64,000 nt of DNA, taken from the NCBI GenBank assembly GCA_964512915.1, contig CAZEKJ010000004.1:41347-105346 (forward strand), in the 5' to 3' direction. Within the stretch, counting starts at the first letter, position 1. The number at the start of each line of letters is the position of its first letter. Below are positions 25,573-34,154 of this stretch, one piece after another. The position numbers were made by a program, and so were the translations under genes. The DNA comes from an uncultured Porphyromonadaceae bacterium. GTDB lineage: Bacteria; Bacteroidota; Bacteroidia; Bacteroidales; UBA12481. Below the pieces are notes generated by a model. That model had not been told where the DNA came from and did not search any database. It was given only the letters and a program-made list of their open reading frames with translations.

Positions 25573-27186
25573 ATGAGCACCAGCGAAACGCACGGTCAAG
25601 TAAGTTATCTCGAGCATCAAGGGAAGTACAAAGGGTTACTGGGTTGGCTAACATCAACCGACCACAAGAAGATTGCACTTCTGTACATGTACAGCATGCT
25701 TGTATTTTTCTCAGTGGCTGCCATACTTGGGCTACTAATGACTATAGAGAAGGCGGCACCCGGGCAGGACATCATGTCGGCGCAGCAGTATAACGGATTC
25801 TTTACCATTCATGGGGTGATCATGATCTTCATCATCGTGATTCCCGGTCTGGCTGCGGTCTTTGGCAACTTCGCCCTACCGATTATGATCGGTGCGCGGG
25901 ATGTAGCCTTTCCGAAGCTGAACCTGTTTTCCTGGTATCTGTATATCATCGGTGGCATCCTGGGCGTTCTTTCCCAGTTTGCAGGTGACGGACCTCCGGA
26001 TACCGGCTGGACCTTCTATGTCCCCTACAGTGCAGAATCCTCCACGAACGTAATATTCGCCCTTACGGCGGCTTTTATTCTCGGATTCTCAAGCATCCTA
26101 ACAGGCCTGAACTTTATTGTTACCATTCACCGCATGCGTGCTCCGGGGATGACCTTTTTCAAGATGCCTCTGTTCCCCTGGTCGCTCTATGCCACCGCAT
26201 GGATACAGTTGCTGGCAACGCCGATCGTCGGGATCACCCTGCTGATGGTCATTGCCGAGCGGGTGCTCCATATCGGGTTCTTTGATCCTGCCCTTGGAGG
26301 AGACCCGGTGCTCTTTCAGCACCTCTTCTGGATCTATTCCCATCCTGCGGTTTATATCATGATACTGCCCGCGATGGGTGTCGTCACTGAAATATTCCCG
26401 ACATTCAGCCAGAAACCGGTTTTCGGATATGGCGCCATCGCAATTTCATCCCTTGCAATCGCATTTGTCGGGTATTTCGTCTGGGGTCACCACATGTTCA
26501 CCTCCGGAATCAGCTACTGGTCGAGATGGTTTTTCTCCTTCCTCACCTTTATCGTTGCCGTTCCGAGTGCCATCAAGGTATTCAACTGGGTGAGCACGAT
26601 GTATGGCGGGTCCATCGATATGAAGCCGCCTCTTCTCTATGCAATTTCCTTTATCTTTCTATTCATGATCGGCGGCTTTACCGGACTCACCCTTGGCTCC
26701 CTGGCTACCAACATCCATTTGCATGACACCGCCTTTATCGTAGCTCATTTCCACTATATCATTTTTGGAGGGATGGGATTTGCCTTCTTCGCGGGTATCC
26801 ACTACTGGTACCCCAAAATTTACGGCAGAATGTACAGCAACCGATGGGCCTACATTGGCTGGGGATTTCTTTTTACCGGGTTTAACCTGCTCTATTTTCC
26901 CCAGTTCATTATCGGAATACAGGGCATGCCAAGAAGGTATTTTGATTATCTGCCCGAGTTTCAATGGGGCCACTTCCTCTCCCTGATCGGTGCCATTATT
27001 TTATTATCGGGCTTCATTATCATGGTATCCAACCTCATCTATCACAGGAAGAAAGGTGCCATTGCCCCGGCCAATCCGTGGAAAGGCGTAACGCTCGAAT
27101 GGCAGATACCGTCACCGCCGCCGTTAGAGAATTTCGATGAAATTCCAACCATAACAAGGAAACCGTATTTCTTTGGAAAAGATTAA
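25573..27186 (+). CDS. ctaD: Cytochrome c oxidase subunit I
   Basis: 537 aa with hallmark heme-copper oxidase blocks: FFTIHGVIMIF, GWTFYVPY, LFWIYSHPAVYIMILP, HHMF, VAHFHYIIFGG. Confidence 0.95.
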   Translation: MSTSETHGQVSYLEHQGKYKGLLGWLTSTDHKKIALLYMYSMLVFFSVAAILGLLMTIEKAAPGQDIMSAQQYNGFFTIHGVIMIFIIVIPGLAAVFGNFALPIMIGARDVAFPKLNLFSWYLYIIGGILGVLSQFAGDGPPDTGWTFYVPYSAESSTNVIFALTAAFILGFSSILTGLNFIVTIHRMRAPGMTFFKMPLFPWSLYATAWIQLLATPIVGITLLMVIAERVLHIGFFDPALGGDPVLFQHLFWIYSHPAVYIMILPAMGVVTEIFPTFSQKPVFGYGAIAISSLAIAFVGYFVWGHHMFTSGISYWSRWFFSFLTFIVAVPSAIKVFNWVSTMYGGSIDMKPPLLYAISFIFLFMIGGFTGLTLGSLATNIHLHDTAFIVAHFHYIIFGGMGFAFFAGIHYWYPKIYGRMYSNRWAYIGWGFLFTGFNLLYFPQFIIGIQGMPRRYFDYLPEFQWGHFLSLIGAIILLSGFIIMVSNLIYHRKKGAIAPANPWKGVTLEWQIPSPPPLENFDEIPTITRKPYFFGKD

Positions 27187-27195
27187 GTTAACAAT

Positions 27196-27807
27196 ATGAC
27201 GAACCCAATGCACGACGAACATCACGATCACCTGGGATCCAAGATGGGGATGTGGCTGTTCATTTTCACCGAACTGTTCCTTTTTGGAGGATTGTTCCTG
27301 GTATATGCCGTTTTCAGAGCCAAATATGGCGAAGATTTCCACCATGCAGCTGAAGAGTTGAACGTCTTTATCGGAACGCTCAATACGGTGGTGCTGCTGA
27401 TCAGCAGTATGACCGTTGCCATGTCGATCTCAGCCATCCAGAAAGGTGACTCAGGAAGAGCGATCAGGCTGCTGCTCCTCACGATAGTTCTGGCTCTGGT
27501 TTTCATGGTTAACAAATACTTCGAATGGGGACATAAATTCGAGTTCAAACTCTATCCCGGATCACCGGTCCTTGGAAACCTGCCAAAAGGTGAGCTTCTT
27601 TTCTTCGGGCTCTATTTTATGATGACGGGACTGCATGCCCTCCACGTGATAATTGGTTGTGTCCTGCTGGGAATCACCATCCCGAAGATTGCCAAAAAGC
27701 AGGTCACCAGTGAACGCTTCACCTTTCTGGAAAACGCAGGGCTATACTGGCACCTGGTGGATTTTATATGGATATTCCTGTTTCCGATGATGTATCTTAT
27801 TACATGA
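27196..27807 (+). CDS. ctaE: Cytochrome c oxidase subunit III
   Basis: 203 aa. MGMWLFIFTELFLFGGLF and the C-terminal YWHLVDFIWIFLFP are typical of subunit III. Confidence 0.85.
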   Translation: MTNPMHDEHHDHLGSKMGMWLFIFTELFLFGGLFLVYAVFRAKYGEDFHHAAEELNVFIGTLNTVVLLISSMTVAMSISAIQKGDSGRAIRLLLLTIVLALVFMVNKYFEWGHKFEFKLYPGSPVLGNLPKGELLFFGLYFMMTGLHALHVIIGCVLLGITIPKIAKKQVTSERFTFLENAGLYWHLVDFIWIFLFPMMYLIT

Positions 27808-27925
27808 TGGGTTTCGGGTATCAGGTATCGGGTTTGGGGTTTGGGGTTTGAGGTTTGGGGTTTGAGGTTTGAGGTTTGGGGTTTATTTGAGATTTGTTTT
27901 TTGAGGTTTGAGATTTGAAAATACA
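27808..27925. repeat. G/T-rich GGTTTGR/GGGGTTT array between coxIII and coxIV
   Basis: gggtttggggtttggggtttgaggtttggggtttgaggtttgaggtttggggttt... Four GGGG runs lie within 27830-27884 on the coding (+) strand. Confidence 0.9.
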
Positions 27926-27928
27926 GTT

Positions 27929-28207
27929 ATGGAGAAGAATCATATTTCAAGTTATACGTCGCACGGGATTGTGCTGACGGCTTTGCTGGCACTTACGGCA
28001 GTATCAGTTTTGGTTGCAGAGCTGCACCTTGGAGCTATTTCGGTTGCCGTGGCGCTCCTGGTGGCGTCAATTAAAGGGACAACCGTGCTTACCTACTTTA
28101 TGCACCTGAAATACGAGAGCACCTTTTTCAAAGTGATGGTGGTGGGTGTTTTTGTGATGTATGCACTCATAATCATATTTACTTTTTCCGATTATTTATT
28201 TCGCTAA
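27929..28207 (+). CDS. Cytochrome c oxidase subunit IV family small membrane protein
   Basis: ORF 27908-28207 opens with TTG inside the repeat array; the ATG at 27929 gives MEKNHISSYTSHGIV... Three TM segments in the prokaryotic CoxIV position. Confidence 0.6.
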   Translation: MEKNHISSYTSHGIVLTALLALTAVSVLVAELHLGAISVAVALLVASIKGTTVLTYFMHLKYESTFFKVMVVGVFVMYALIIIFTFSDYLFR

Positions 28208-28222
28208 TAAAAAACAAGCACC

Positions 28223-29143
28223 ATGTTTGAAGGAGCATCTAACCTGGCTGACGGCGTTGACCGGGCGTTTGTTTTCATCTTTTCGATATCGGCCTTTTTC
28301 ATTATCGGCATCACCGCATTCATGATCTGGATCGTGATCCGGTATAACCGGAAAAAGGGAAAGCCCGCCATGCAATTTACCGGCAATAACACCCTTGAAG
28401 CAATCTGGATCGTGATTCCGCTGATTATTGTATTGGCCATGTTCTATTATGGATGGATCGGTTTTGCCCCGATGAGGAAAGTGCCGGCCGATGCCATGAA
28501 AGTGACTGCCATCGGAAGGATGTGGGAATGGTCCTTCGATTATGGCAACGGGAAGATTTCCAAAATCATGGTGGTCCCGGCCGATAAGCCGATAAGAGTG
28601 GACCTGCTTTCGGTTGATGTCAATCACAGTTTTTTTGTACCGGCATTCCGGGTCAAGGAGGATGTGGTGCCCGGATACGATAATTACCTGTGGTTCTCCG
28701 CCTTCAGGGTTGGCGAATATGATATTTTATGCACGGAGTATTGTGGGTTGATGCACTCAGCCATGGTCTCAACCGTAAAGGTGGTTCCGGAAGCTGAATT
28801 CATCGCCTGGCTCGACTCCCTTCCTGCAACCGGAGATATTCCTGAGCCGGAAGGTCTGACCCTGCTGAAGAATACAGGGTGCATCGCCTGCCATTCCCTC
28901 GATGGAGTCCGCCTGGTAGGTCCCAGTTTTAAAGGTTTCTATGGCAAGACCCACACCGTGGTTGAAGAGGGTGCGGAGAAGGAGGTTGAGGTTAATGATG
29001 AGTATATCAGGAGTTCTATTCTTGAACCCAACAAACAGGTAGTCAAGGGTTTTAGTAAAGGATTAATGCAGGCGTACGGCAATGTGGTGAATGAAGATCA
29101 GATCAAGCTGATGATTGAATATCTCAGGACCCTGAAAGAATAA
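28223..29143 (+). CDS. ctaC: Cytochrome c oxidase subunit II with C-terminal cytochrome c domain (caa3-type)
   Basis: 306 aa. CuA site HSFFVPAF...CTEYCGLMHSAM and C-terminal heme site GCIACHS. Confidence 0.9.
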   Translation: MFEGASNLADGVDRAFVFIFSISAFFIIGITAFMIWIVIRYNRKKGKPAMQFTGNNTLEAIWIVIPLIIVLAMFYYGWIGFAPMRKVPADAMKVTAIGRMWEWSFDYGNGKISKIMVVPADKPIRVDLLSVDVNHSFFVPAFRVKEDVVPGYDNYLWFSAFRVGEYDILCTEYCGLMHSAMVSTVKVVPEAEFIAWLDSLPATGDIPEPEGLTLLKNTGCIACHSLDGVRLVGPSFKGFYGKTHTVVEEGAEKEVEVNDEYIRSSILEPNKQVVKGFSKGLMQAYGNVVNEDQIKLMIEYLRTLKE

Positions 29144-29158
29144 TACCCTATATTCCCC

Positions 29159-30007
29159 TTGCTGGCTGCCATTCTCAAACTGATCAAGTATAAGCTGTCT
29201 CTGGCGGTAACCTTGTCGGCCACCATGGGATTTTTCCTGTTCCGTAAGGGCCCCGACCCGGCCCTGCCAGTGCTTATTGCCGGCGTGTTCATGCTGGCAG
29301 GCGGATCCGCCGCACTGAATGAATATCAGGAAAGAAAATTGGATGCCATGATGGGCCGCACCCGCAACCGGCCAATACCGTCCGGAATCATCAATCCCCT
29401 CTCAGCACTCGCTATTTCAGCCGGCTTAATCCTGACGGGCCTTCTCCTGCTCTCCCGCTTCGGCATCACCCCAGTTTTTCTTGGGGCGTTCAACCTATTG
29501 CTTTATAATGGTTTATACACCCCGATGAAGGTACGCAACTCATTTGCGGTGATTCCGGGAGGACTTGTGGGAGCGATCCCTCCTGTTATAGGCTGGAGCG
29601 CTGCAGGCGGGCCTCTGTTTCATCCCAATATCCTGTTTATTGCAACCCTGATGTTCCTGTGGCAATTGCCCCACTTCTGGCTGTTGATTATACGGTATGG
29701 GAAGGAATATGAAGCGGCAGGATTCTCTACCCTTAAAAGGTATCTCGACGACAATCAGATTAAACGGCTGATCTTCTTTTGGATGGCCGTTTCCTCGGTT
29801 TTCCTCCTGACGGCACCGCTGTTTGGCATCCTGATTGATCTGTGGGTTTTCCTTCTCCTGGCACTCCTGAACGTGCTCTTTATCGGATTCTTCTATTACG
29901 TGCTGTTCCTGAATCCATCGGAGAAACGGATCCGGCTCATCTTCATCCTCACCAACGTATTTCTGACGGTGGTGCTGGGGATGCTGATATTGAATTCCCT
30001 TGCGTAA
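29159..30007 (+). CDS. ctaB: Protoheme IX farnesyltransferase (heme O synthase)
   Basis: 282 aa, polytopic UbiA-family protein. Motif NEYQERKLDAMMGRTRNRPIPSG. Starts at TTG 29159, 16 nt after the ctaC stop. Confidence 0.75.
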   Translation: MLAAILKLIKYKLSLAVTLSATMGFFLFRKGPDPALPVLIAGVFMLAGGSAALNEYQERKLDAMMGRTRNRPIPSGIINPLSALAISAGLILTGLLLLSRFGITPVFLGAFNLLLYNGLYTPMKVRNSFAVIPGGLVGAIPPVIGWSAAGGPLFHPNILFIATLMFLWQLPHFWLLIIRYGKEYEAAGFSTLKRYLDDNQIKRLIFFWMAVSSVFLLTAPLFGILIDLWVFLLLALLNVLFIGFFYYVLFLNPSEKRIRLIFILTNVFLTVVLGMLILNSLA

Positions 30008-30021
30008 CTTACTGCCTGTAA

Positions 30022-30068
30022 GGGCGACCTGCGGTCGCCCATTTAAACCGGGCGACCGCAGGTCGCCC
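30022..30068. terminator. Two copies of the GGGCGACC-TGC-GGTCGCCC hairpin in opposite orientation between convergent genes
   Basis: 30022-30040 (+ sense, after ctaB, followed by attta). 30050-30068 (minus sense, after the SIS gene, followed by ggttt on the minus strand). Confidence 0.45.
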
Positions 30069-30079
30069 CTACTGGGACG

Positions 30080-31093
30080 CTAGACGAAAAATTCGTTGCC
30101 GATTTTGCGGGCGCGGGTGGGCTTGTCGAGATCGATGCCCAGAGCCAGTCCGATCTCTACCAACAGGTTCCAGCCGGCAGCCAGCTCCACATAAGGAGCC
30201 ATTTTCCCCCCGTCAGGAATAATAAAAGTGGGGAAAGAAGTCTGCCTGGATGATATCGCAATCACCTTCATGCCGACACCCTTGACGAGGCACTCCATGA
30301 ACTTTTCCTCTTCACTATGGAAGGGCTCAACAATGATCACCACCTCATTCTTGTCCATCACTTCCTCGATACCGTGCACTGCGTAAGTACCTTCCAGGAA
30401 ATCAGATTTCTTGCGGGTGATTTCGTTGGTTTTGAGGGTCAGCTCTTCAACTACTCCATTGTTCCTGCCGGCGAAATAGATCTTGTCGGCATTCTTTGCC
30501 GCCAGGATTATTTCAGGATCAATCACGGAGGTCAGGGCGGTATCAATCTGGTCGGGCAGCTCATCAAACCCGCACATGCACTTGCCGAGCATCTGGCGGA
30601 TCATGGCATCGTAAAAAAGGCCCTGTTCGATCACCGACTTGGTTGCTGCCACCGCATCTTCCTTGCCGCAGTTCAGTACATGGGTCTCATGTGCAAGCTC
30701 GGCCAGCTTGGTATTTTCATTGGCAGTCAGTCCGAAAAGCGCATCATGCCCCTCCTCGCGGAGTTTCATGAAAAGTCTTACCACCTCCTTGGTTTTCCCG
30801 GAGTTGGAGGCGCCGAAAACAGCAAGGTCCTTAAGCGCATACTCCATCGCCTGGGTAGATCCATCGGTATAAACCGGAATTTTCGCGCCCCATTTCAGGA
30901 TGTCATACATCGCCCGTTTGGCAGGAAAAATCCGGCTGCTGCCCTCACCGGTGAGAAAGAGGCCCTTTTTCGCCATGGCCTTTTCGGCATACGAGGCGGC
31001 CACCATCGGGTCAAATTTCCTGACTACCTCAGTTGTTTCCATCATTTCACGCACGAGTGCGAAGGTTGCGTACTTGCTGTCTTGTAGGTTCAT
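30080..31093 (-). CDS. SIS domain sugar-phosphate isomerase/deaminase-like protein (AgaS/GlmS-C-like)
   Basis: 337 aa with two SIS-like halves and the phosphosugar-binding block FGASNSGKTKEVV. Confidence 0.65.
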   Translation of the reverse strand: MNLQDSKYATFALVREMMETTEVVRKFDPMVAASYAEKAMAKKGLFLTGEGSSRIFPAKRAMYDILKWGAKIPVYTDGSTQAMEYALKDLAVFGASNSGKTKEVVRLFMKLREEGHDALFGLTANENTKLAELAHETHVLNCGKEDAVAATKSVIEQGLFYDAMIRQMLGKCMCGFDELPDQIDTALTSVIDPEIILAAKNADKIYFAGRNNGVVEELTLKTNEITRKKSDFLEGTYAVHGIEEVMDKNEVVIIVEPFHSEEEKFMECLVKGVGMKVIAISSRQTSFPTFIIPDGGKMAPYVELAAGWNLLVEIGLALGIDLDKPTRARKIGNEFFV

Positions 31094-31109
31094 AGTGTAG
31101 AATTTAAAT

Positions 31110-31266
31110 GGCCTCCCTGCGGTCGGCTAACAGGCCCTTCGGGCTAAAAGGGGCTTCGCCCTAACAGGCATTTGGCAATTTCTCTATTAGCGCGAAGCGC
31201 CTGTTAGGAGCGCAGCGACCTCTTAGGAGCGAAGCGACCTATTAGCGAGCGCAGCGAGCCTATTAT
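31110..31266. repeat. Modular linker-plus-mini-hairpin element, copy 1
   Basis: Left half: cctccctgcggtcggc-taacagg-cccttcgggc-taaaagg-ggcttcgccc-taacagg. Right half: tattag-cgcgaagcgc-ctgttagg-agcgcagcga-cctcttagg-agcgaagcga-cctattag-cgagcgcagcgag-cctatta. Confidence 0.9.
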
Positions 31267-31267
31267 A

Positions 31268-32032
31268 TTATTTATACTTCACAAACTCCCTAAGTTCCTC
31301 CTGCACCACCGGATCTTTCTGAAACCCACCTCCGAGGTGTTGCCAGAATACCTCTGCATATTCAACGCCAACCATGGCGCCGTAATCTTTGTTACCCTGA
31401 TAAACCACTCCGAAGAAATCATCCATCTTGTGCATCACCTTCATGAGTTCTTTCTGCGATTCATGATACTGCAGCATTTCCTGCTTGGTGTCCATTACGG
31501 AAGTCACATCCACGAAGAAATGCGGGGTGACGATCGGGGCACCGATCGGGTCCGTCAGGGTCAGGGGTGCAGTGTGGTAGAGCAGCGGGGTGATCTCAAG
31601 CGGCTTTTCCGTAACCGGTACATTCGGCAGGGTAGCCACCATGGTGGCAGCTTCCACAATGTTGCAGGTTGCACGGTGGTCGGCATGATAATCCATCGGA
31701 AGATGGGTCATAACAATGCCCGCCTTATATTCCCTGATAATCCGGATCACATCAAGCCTGAAATCCTCATTATCAAACAGATACCCGTCGCGTCCTCCGA
31801 GGCAGATATATTCGGCGTCCAGAACGGCAGCAGCCTTACGGGCTTCTTCTCTCCGGATGGCTATGGTTTTGTCTTCCGTTGAACCGATCCCGCCCATTCC
31901 GCCGGCAGTAAGGGTGACAATAACGATTTTGTATCCTTTGTCTTTCAGATGCTTAAGTGTACCGGCATTCCATGCTTCCGTATCATCCGGATGAGCATGG
32001 ACAGAGACGACGACGTTGTTAAATTTTCGCAT
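31268..32032 (-). CDS. PIG-L/LmbE family N-acetylglucosaminyl deacetylase
   Basis: 254 aa with the signature VVSVHAHPDDTE. Overlaps the upstream PFK gene by 14 nt. Confidence 0.8.
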   Translation of the reverse strand: MRKFNNVVVSVHAHPDDTEAWNAGTLKHLKDKGYKIVIVTLTAGGMGGIGSTEDKTIAIRREEARKAAAVLDAEYICLGGRDGYLFDNEDFRLDVIRIIREYKAGIVMTHLPMDYHADHRATCNIVEAATMVATLPNVPVTEKPLEITPLLYHTAPLTLTDPIGAPIVTPHFFVDVTSVMDTKQEMLQYHESQKELMKVMHKMDDFFGVVYQGNKDYGAMVGVEYAEVFWQHLGGGFQKDPVVQEELREFVKYK

Positions 32033-33212
32033 GTAATCTGGTGAATTCAGGTAGCTTTCCTATAAGAGGGCGAATATAATCCAAAAAGGCATTGCTGACA
32101 AAATTTCCCTCCGCATTGAAATACTCTTTCGGCATCGGTTTCGCATGGACCGCCACATCTTTCAGGAGGGCCTTCCCAAACCGGCATTCATAGGGATCGT
32201 TATGAACTCTTTCGAGCGTAACCATGAAGCCCGATTCGCCGTTTTCAGCCAGCCGAACCGCTTCTTTGCCGGCGTGATAAGCCTCGTCAAGGTCCAGTTC
32301 CACGGCATTAACAAAATCTGACATGATGAGCGACTCCGTGATCTGAAATTCGCCGCGGAAACCAAATTCCTGACTGATCATTTTGTGCAGGTTCAATCCG
32401 ACGCTGGCTCCGCCCATGGCGCCAAACTCAGTATTGTTAAACTTATCTTTCGTGAGAGAGGCGCTCACGGCCGTGCCATCCGCATATTTCAACCCTTCGC
32501 CGCAAACAACCGACACCCAGCCGTACTTTTTATATACCCCATCCACATCCCTGAGAAATTTTTCCCGGTCAAAGGCAAATTCAGGACAATAGATCAGGTG
32601 GGGAGCATCCTCTTCATTATGCTTAGCGATGGCAGTGGCAGCACCCAGCCAGCCTGCATCCCTTCCAATTGTCTGATATACTACGAATTGATCGACTTTC
32701 TTCATATCCCTGGCCAATACCCCCCCCTGCATGACATTGAGGATATTGCTTTTGGCAGCCGAAGGAAAGCCGGGTGTATGATCCGTTCCAAACAGGTCAT
32801 TATCAACCGTTTTCGGAACCCCTACCCCGATCAGTTCATACCCCTGGGTTTTGCAGTACGCCTCCACCCGGTTGATTGTATCCATGGTGTCATTTCCCCC
32901 GATCAGGAAGAAATAGTGAATATCATGCTTTTTCAGCACCTCAAGAATTCTCGGAAAATCCTCATCCTTGAGCTTATGCCGGGAGGATCCGAGGGCCGAG
33001 CCCGGGGTTTTCCTCAGGCCCTTAATCACCTCTTTCGGCTGCTTGCCGAAATCGATCAGCCACTCATTCATGAACCCTTCGATTCCATAGTTCATGCCGT
33101 ATACTTCACCTATCTTTTCCGATTTCATGGCGGCCTTCACCACCCCGGCCAGACTCGAATTGATCACTGAGGTGGGTCCGCCTGACTGGCCGATGATGCA
33201 GTTTGATTTCAT
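32019..33212 (-). CDS. Phosphofructokinase family protein, PPi-dependent type likely
   Basis: 397 aa. IGQSGGPTSVINSSLAG, FFLIGGNDTMDT and PKTVDNDL blocks are typical of the PFK/PFP family. Confidence 0.85.
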   Translation of the reverse strand: MKSNCIIGQSGGPTSVINSSLAGVVKAAMKSEKIGEVYGMNYGIEGFMNEWLIDFGKQPKEVIKGLRKTPGSALGSSRHKLKDEDFPRILEVLKKHDIHYFFLIGGNDTMDTINRVEAYCKTQGYELIGVGVPKTVDNDLFGTDHTPGFPSAAKSNILNVMQGGVLARDMKKVDQFVVYQTIGRDAGWLGAATAIAKHNEEDAPHLIYCPEFAFDREKFLRDVDGVYKKYGWVSVVCGEGLKYADGTAVSASLTKDKFNNTEFGAMGGASVGLNLHKMISQEFGFRGEFQITESLIMSDFVNAVELDLDEAYHAGKEAVRLAENGESGFMVTLERVHNDPYECRFGKALLKDVAVHAKPMPKEYFNAEGNFVSNAFLDYIRPLIGKLPEFTRLHAKI

Positions 33213-33234
33213 GCTAAATTGTTAATTAATATTT

Positions 33235-33404
33235 CTAAAAGGCTCGGCTTTAGCCTCGCTAAAAGGTCGCTGCGCTCCTAAAAGGGGCTGAAGCCCTAAC
33301 TCGCACGACGGTTGCCTCTCTATTAGCGCGAAGCGCCTGTTAGCGACCGCAGGGAGCCTTTTAGCGAGGCGTTAGCCGAGCCTCTTAGGAGTGAAGCGAC
33401 CTGT
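33235..33404. repeat. Modular linker-plus-mini-hairpin element, copy 2
   Basis: ctaaaagg-ctcggctttagcctcgc-taaaagg-tcgctgcgctc-ctaaaagg-ggctgaagccc-taac ... tattag-cgcgaagcgc-ctgttag-cgaccgcagggag-ccttttag-cgaggcgttagccgag-cctcttagg-agtgaagcga-cctgtt. Confidence 0.9.
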
Positions 33405-34085
33405 TCATTCTTTTCGTTCAAACACCAACTCCCCAAAATACTCCGGCCGGTGATAATCGGGCTTCTCTGTGCCCACCGGATTCCAGGTCAGATAGTGGGG
33501 CTGCGTGAGTTTATCCCCGCATTTATAAAAGTTTGCCTTGAAAGTTTTTCCCCCGAGGCTCCCGATCTCTTTGCCGGCAAAGGCTTCAACCGGGATGGCA
33601 ATGGTCAGTTCCCAGGATTGTTCTCCTCTCTTTTCGCTGAAGGGTTTGGTTCCCATGGTTCCCATCCTGCGTATCTTGCTGATATAGGACGGATCAACCT
33701 TTTTGCTGTCGGCCCGGCCCGTCCCCTTGCCCAGGAGACAGGTTCCTATCGGGTTAAACTCAAAATTGTAATAGATCCCGTCGGAGTCGGGGGATACAAA
33801 GAATTCTACGCATGAATCTTCGCAAACACTTTCGTTGGAACTATCTTTTTCGGCCAGTACGAAGTTCTCCGTAACATAATACTTCAGGTAAATTTCAGAA
33901 TCTCCGTATCCGATATTGAATCGCACGGCCGGTTTATTGACATATCCATCCCAATTAACCGTACTGATTTCATGGCCTTTACCGAGGGCATCGAGGGCTT
34001 TTGAAACCTCATTCAGATCCGGCTGAGGAGCAGAAAACCCCAGCCAGGGAACCATAATAGTCTTCATTAGTAATTCTAGTAGCAT
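33405..34085 (-). CDS. Carbohydrate-binding family 9-like (DOMON-like) protein
   Basis: 226 aa. VEFFVSPDSDGIYYNFEFNPIGT and the FYKCGDKL...YLTWNP pattern resemble CBM9-like domains. Weak call. Confidence 0.45.
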   Translation of the reverse strand: MLLELLMKTIMVPWLGFSAPQPDLNEVSKALDALGKGHEISTVNWDGYVNKPAVRFNIGYGDSEIYLKYYVTENFVLAEKDSSNESVCEDSCVEFFVSPDSDGIYYNFEFNPIGTCLLGKGTGRADSKKVDPSYISKIRRMGTMGTKPFSEKRGEQSWELTIAIPVEAFAGKEIGSLGGKTFKANFYKCGDKLTQPHYLTWNPVGTEKPDYHRPEYFGELVFERKE

Positions 34086-34090
34086 TTTTT

Positions 34091-34154
34091 CGTGATACGT
34101 AAAGCGTAACGCGTGAATAACAATCTCTTAACTCTCTTAACTTCCTTAACTCCC
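34091..34154. repeat. Degenerate CGTGA-type array followed by a 9-mer array (TCTCTTAAC x3)
   Basis: cgtgatacgtaaagcgtaacgcgtgaataac, then tctcttaac tctcttaac ttccttaac tccc. The 9-mer array covers the ROK stop (34146-34148). Confidence 0.85.

Noticed and set aside
27808-27925. Telomere or replicon end, because of GGGGTTT-like repeats
   Set aside because: The array lies between two cistrons of a cytochrome oxidase operon on a continuous sequence, with coding sequence on both sides.
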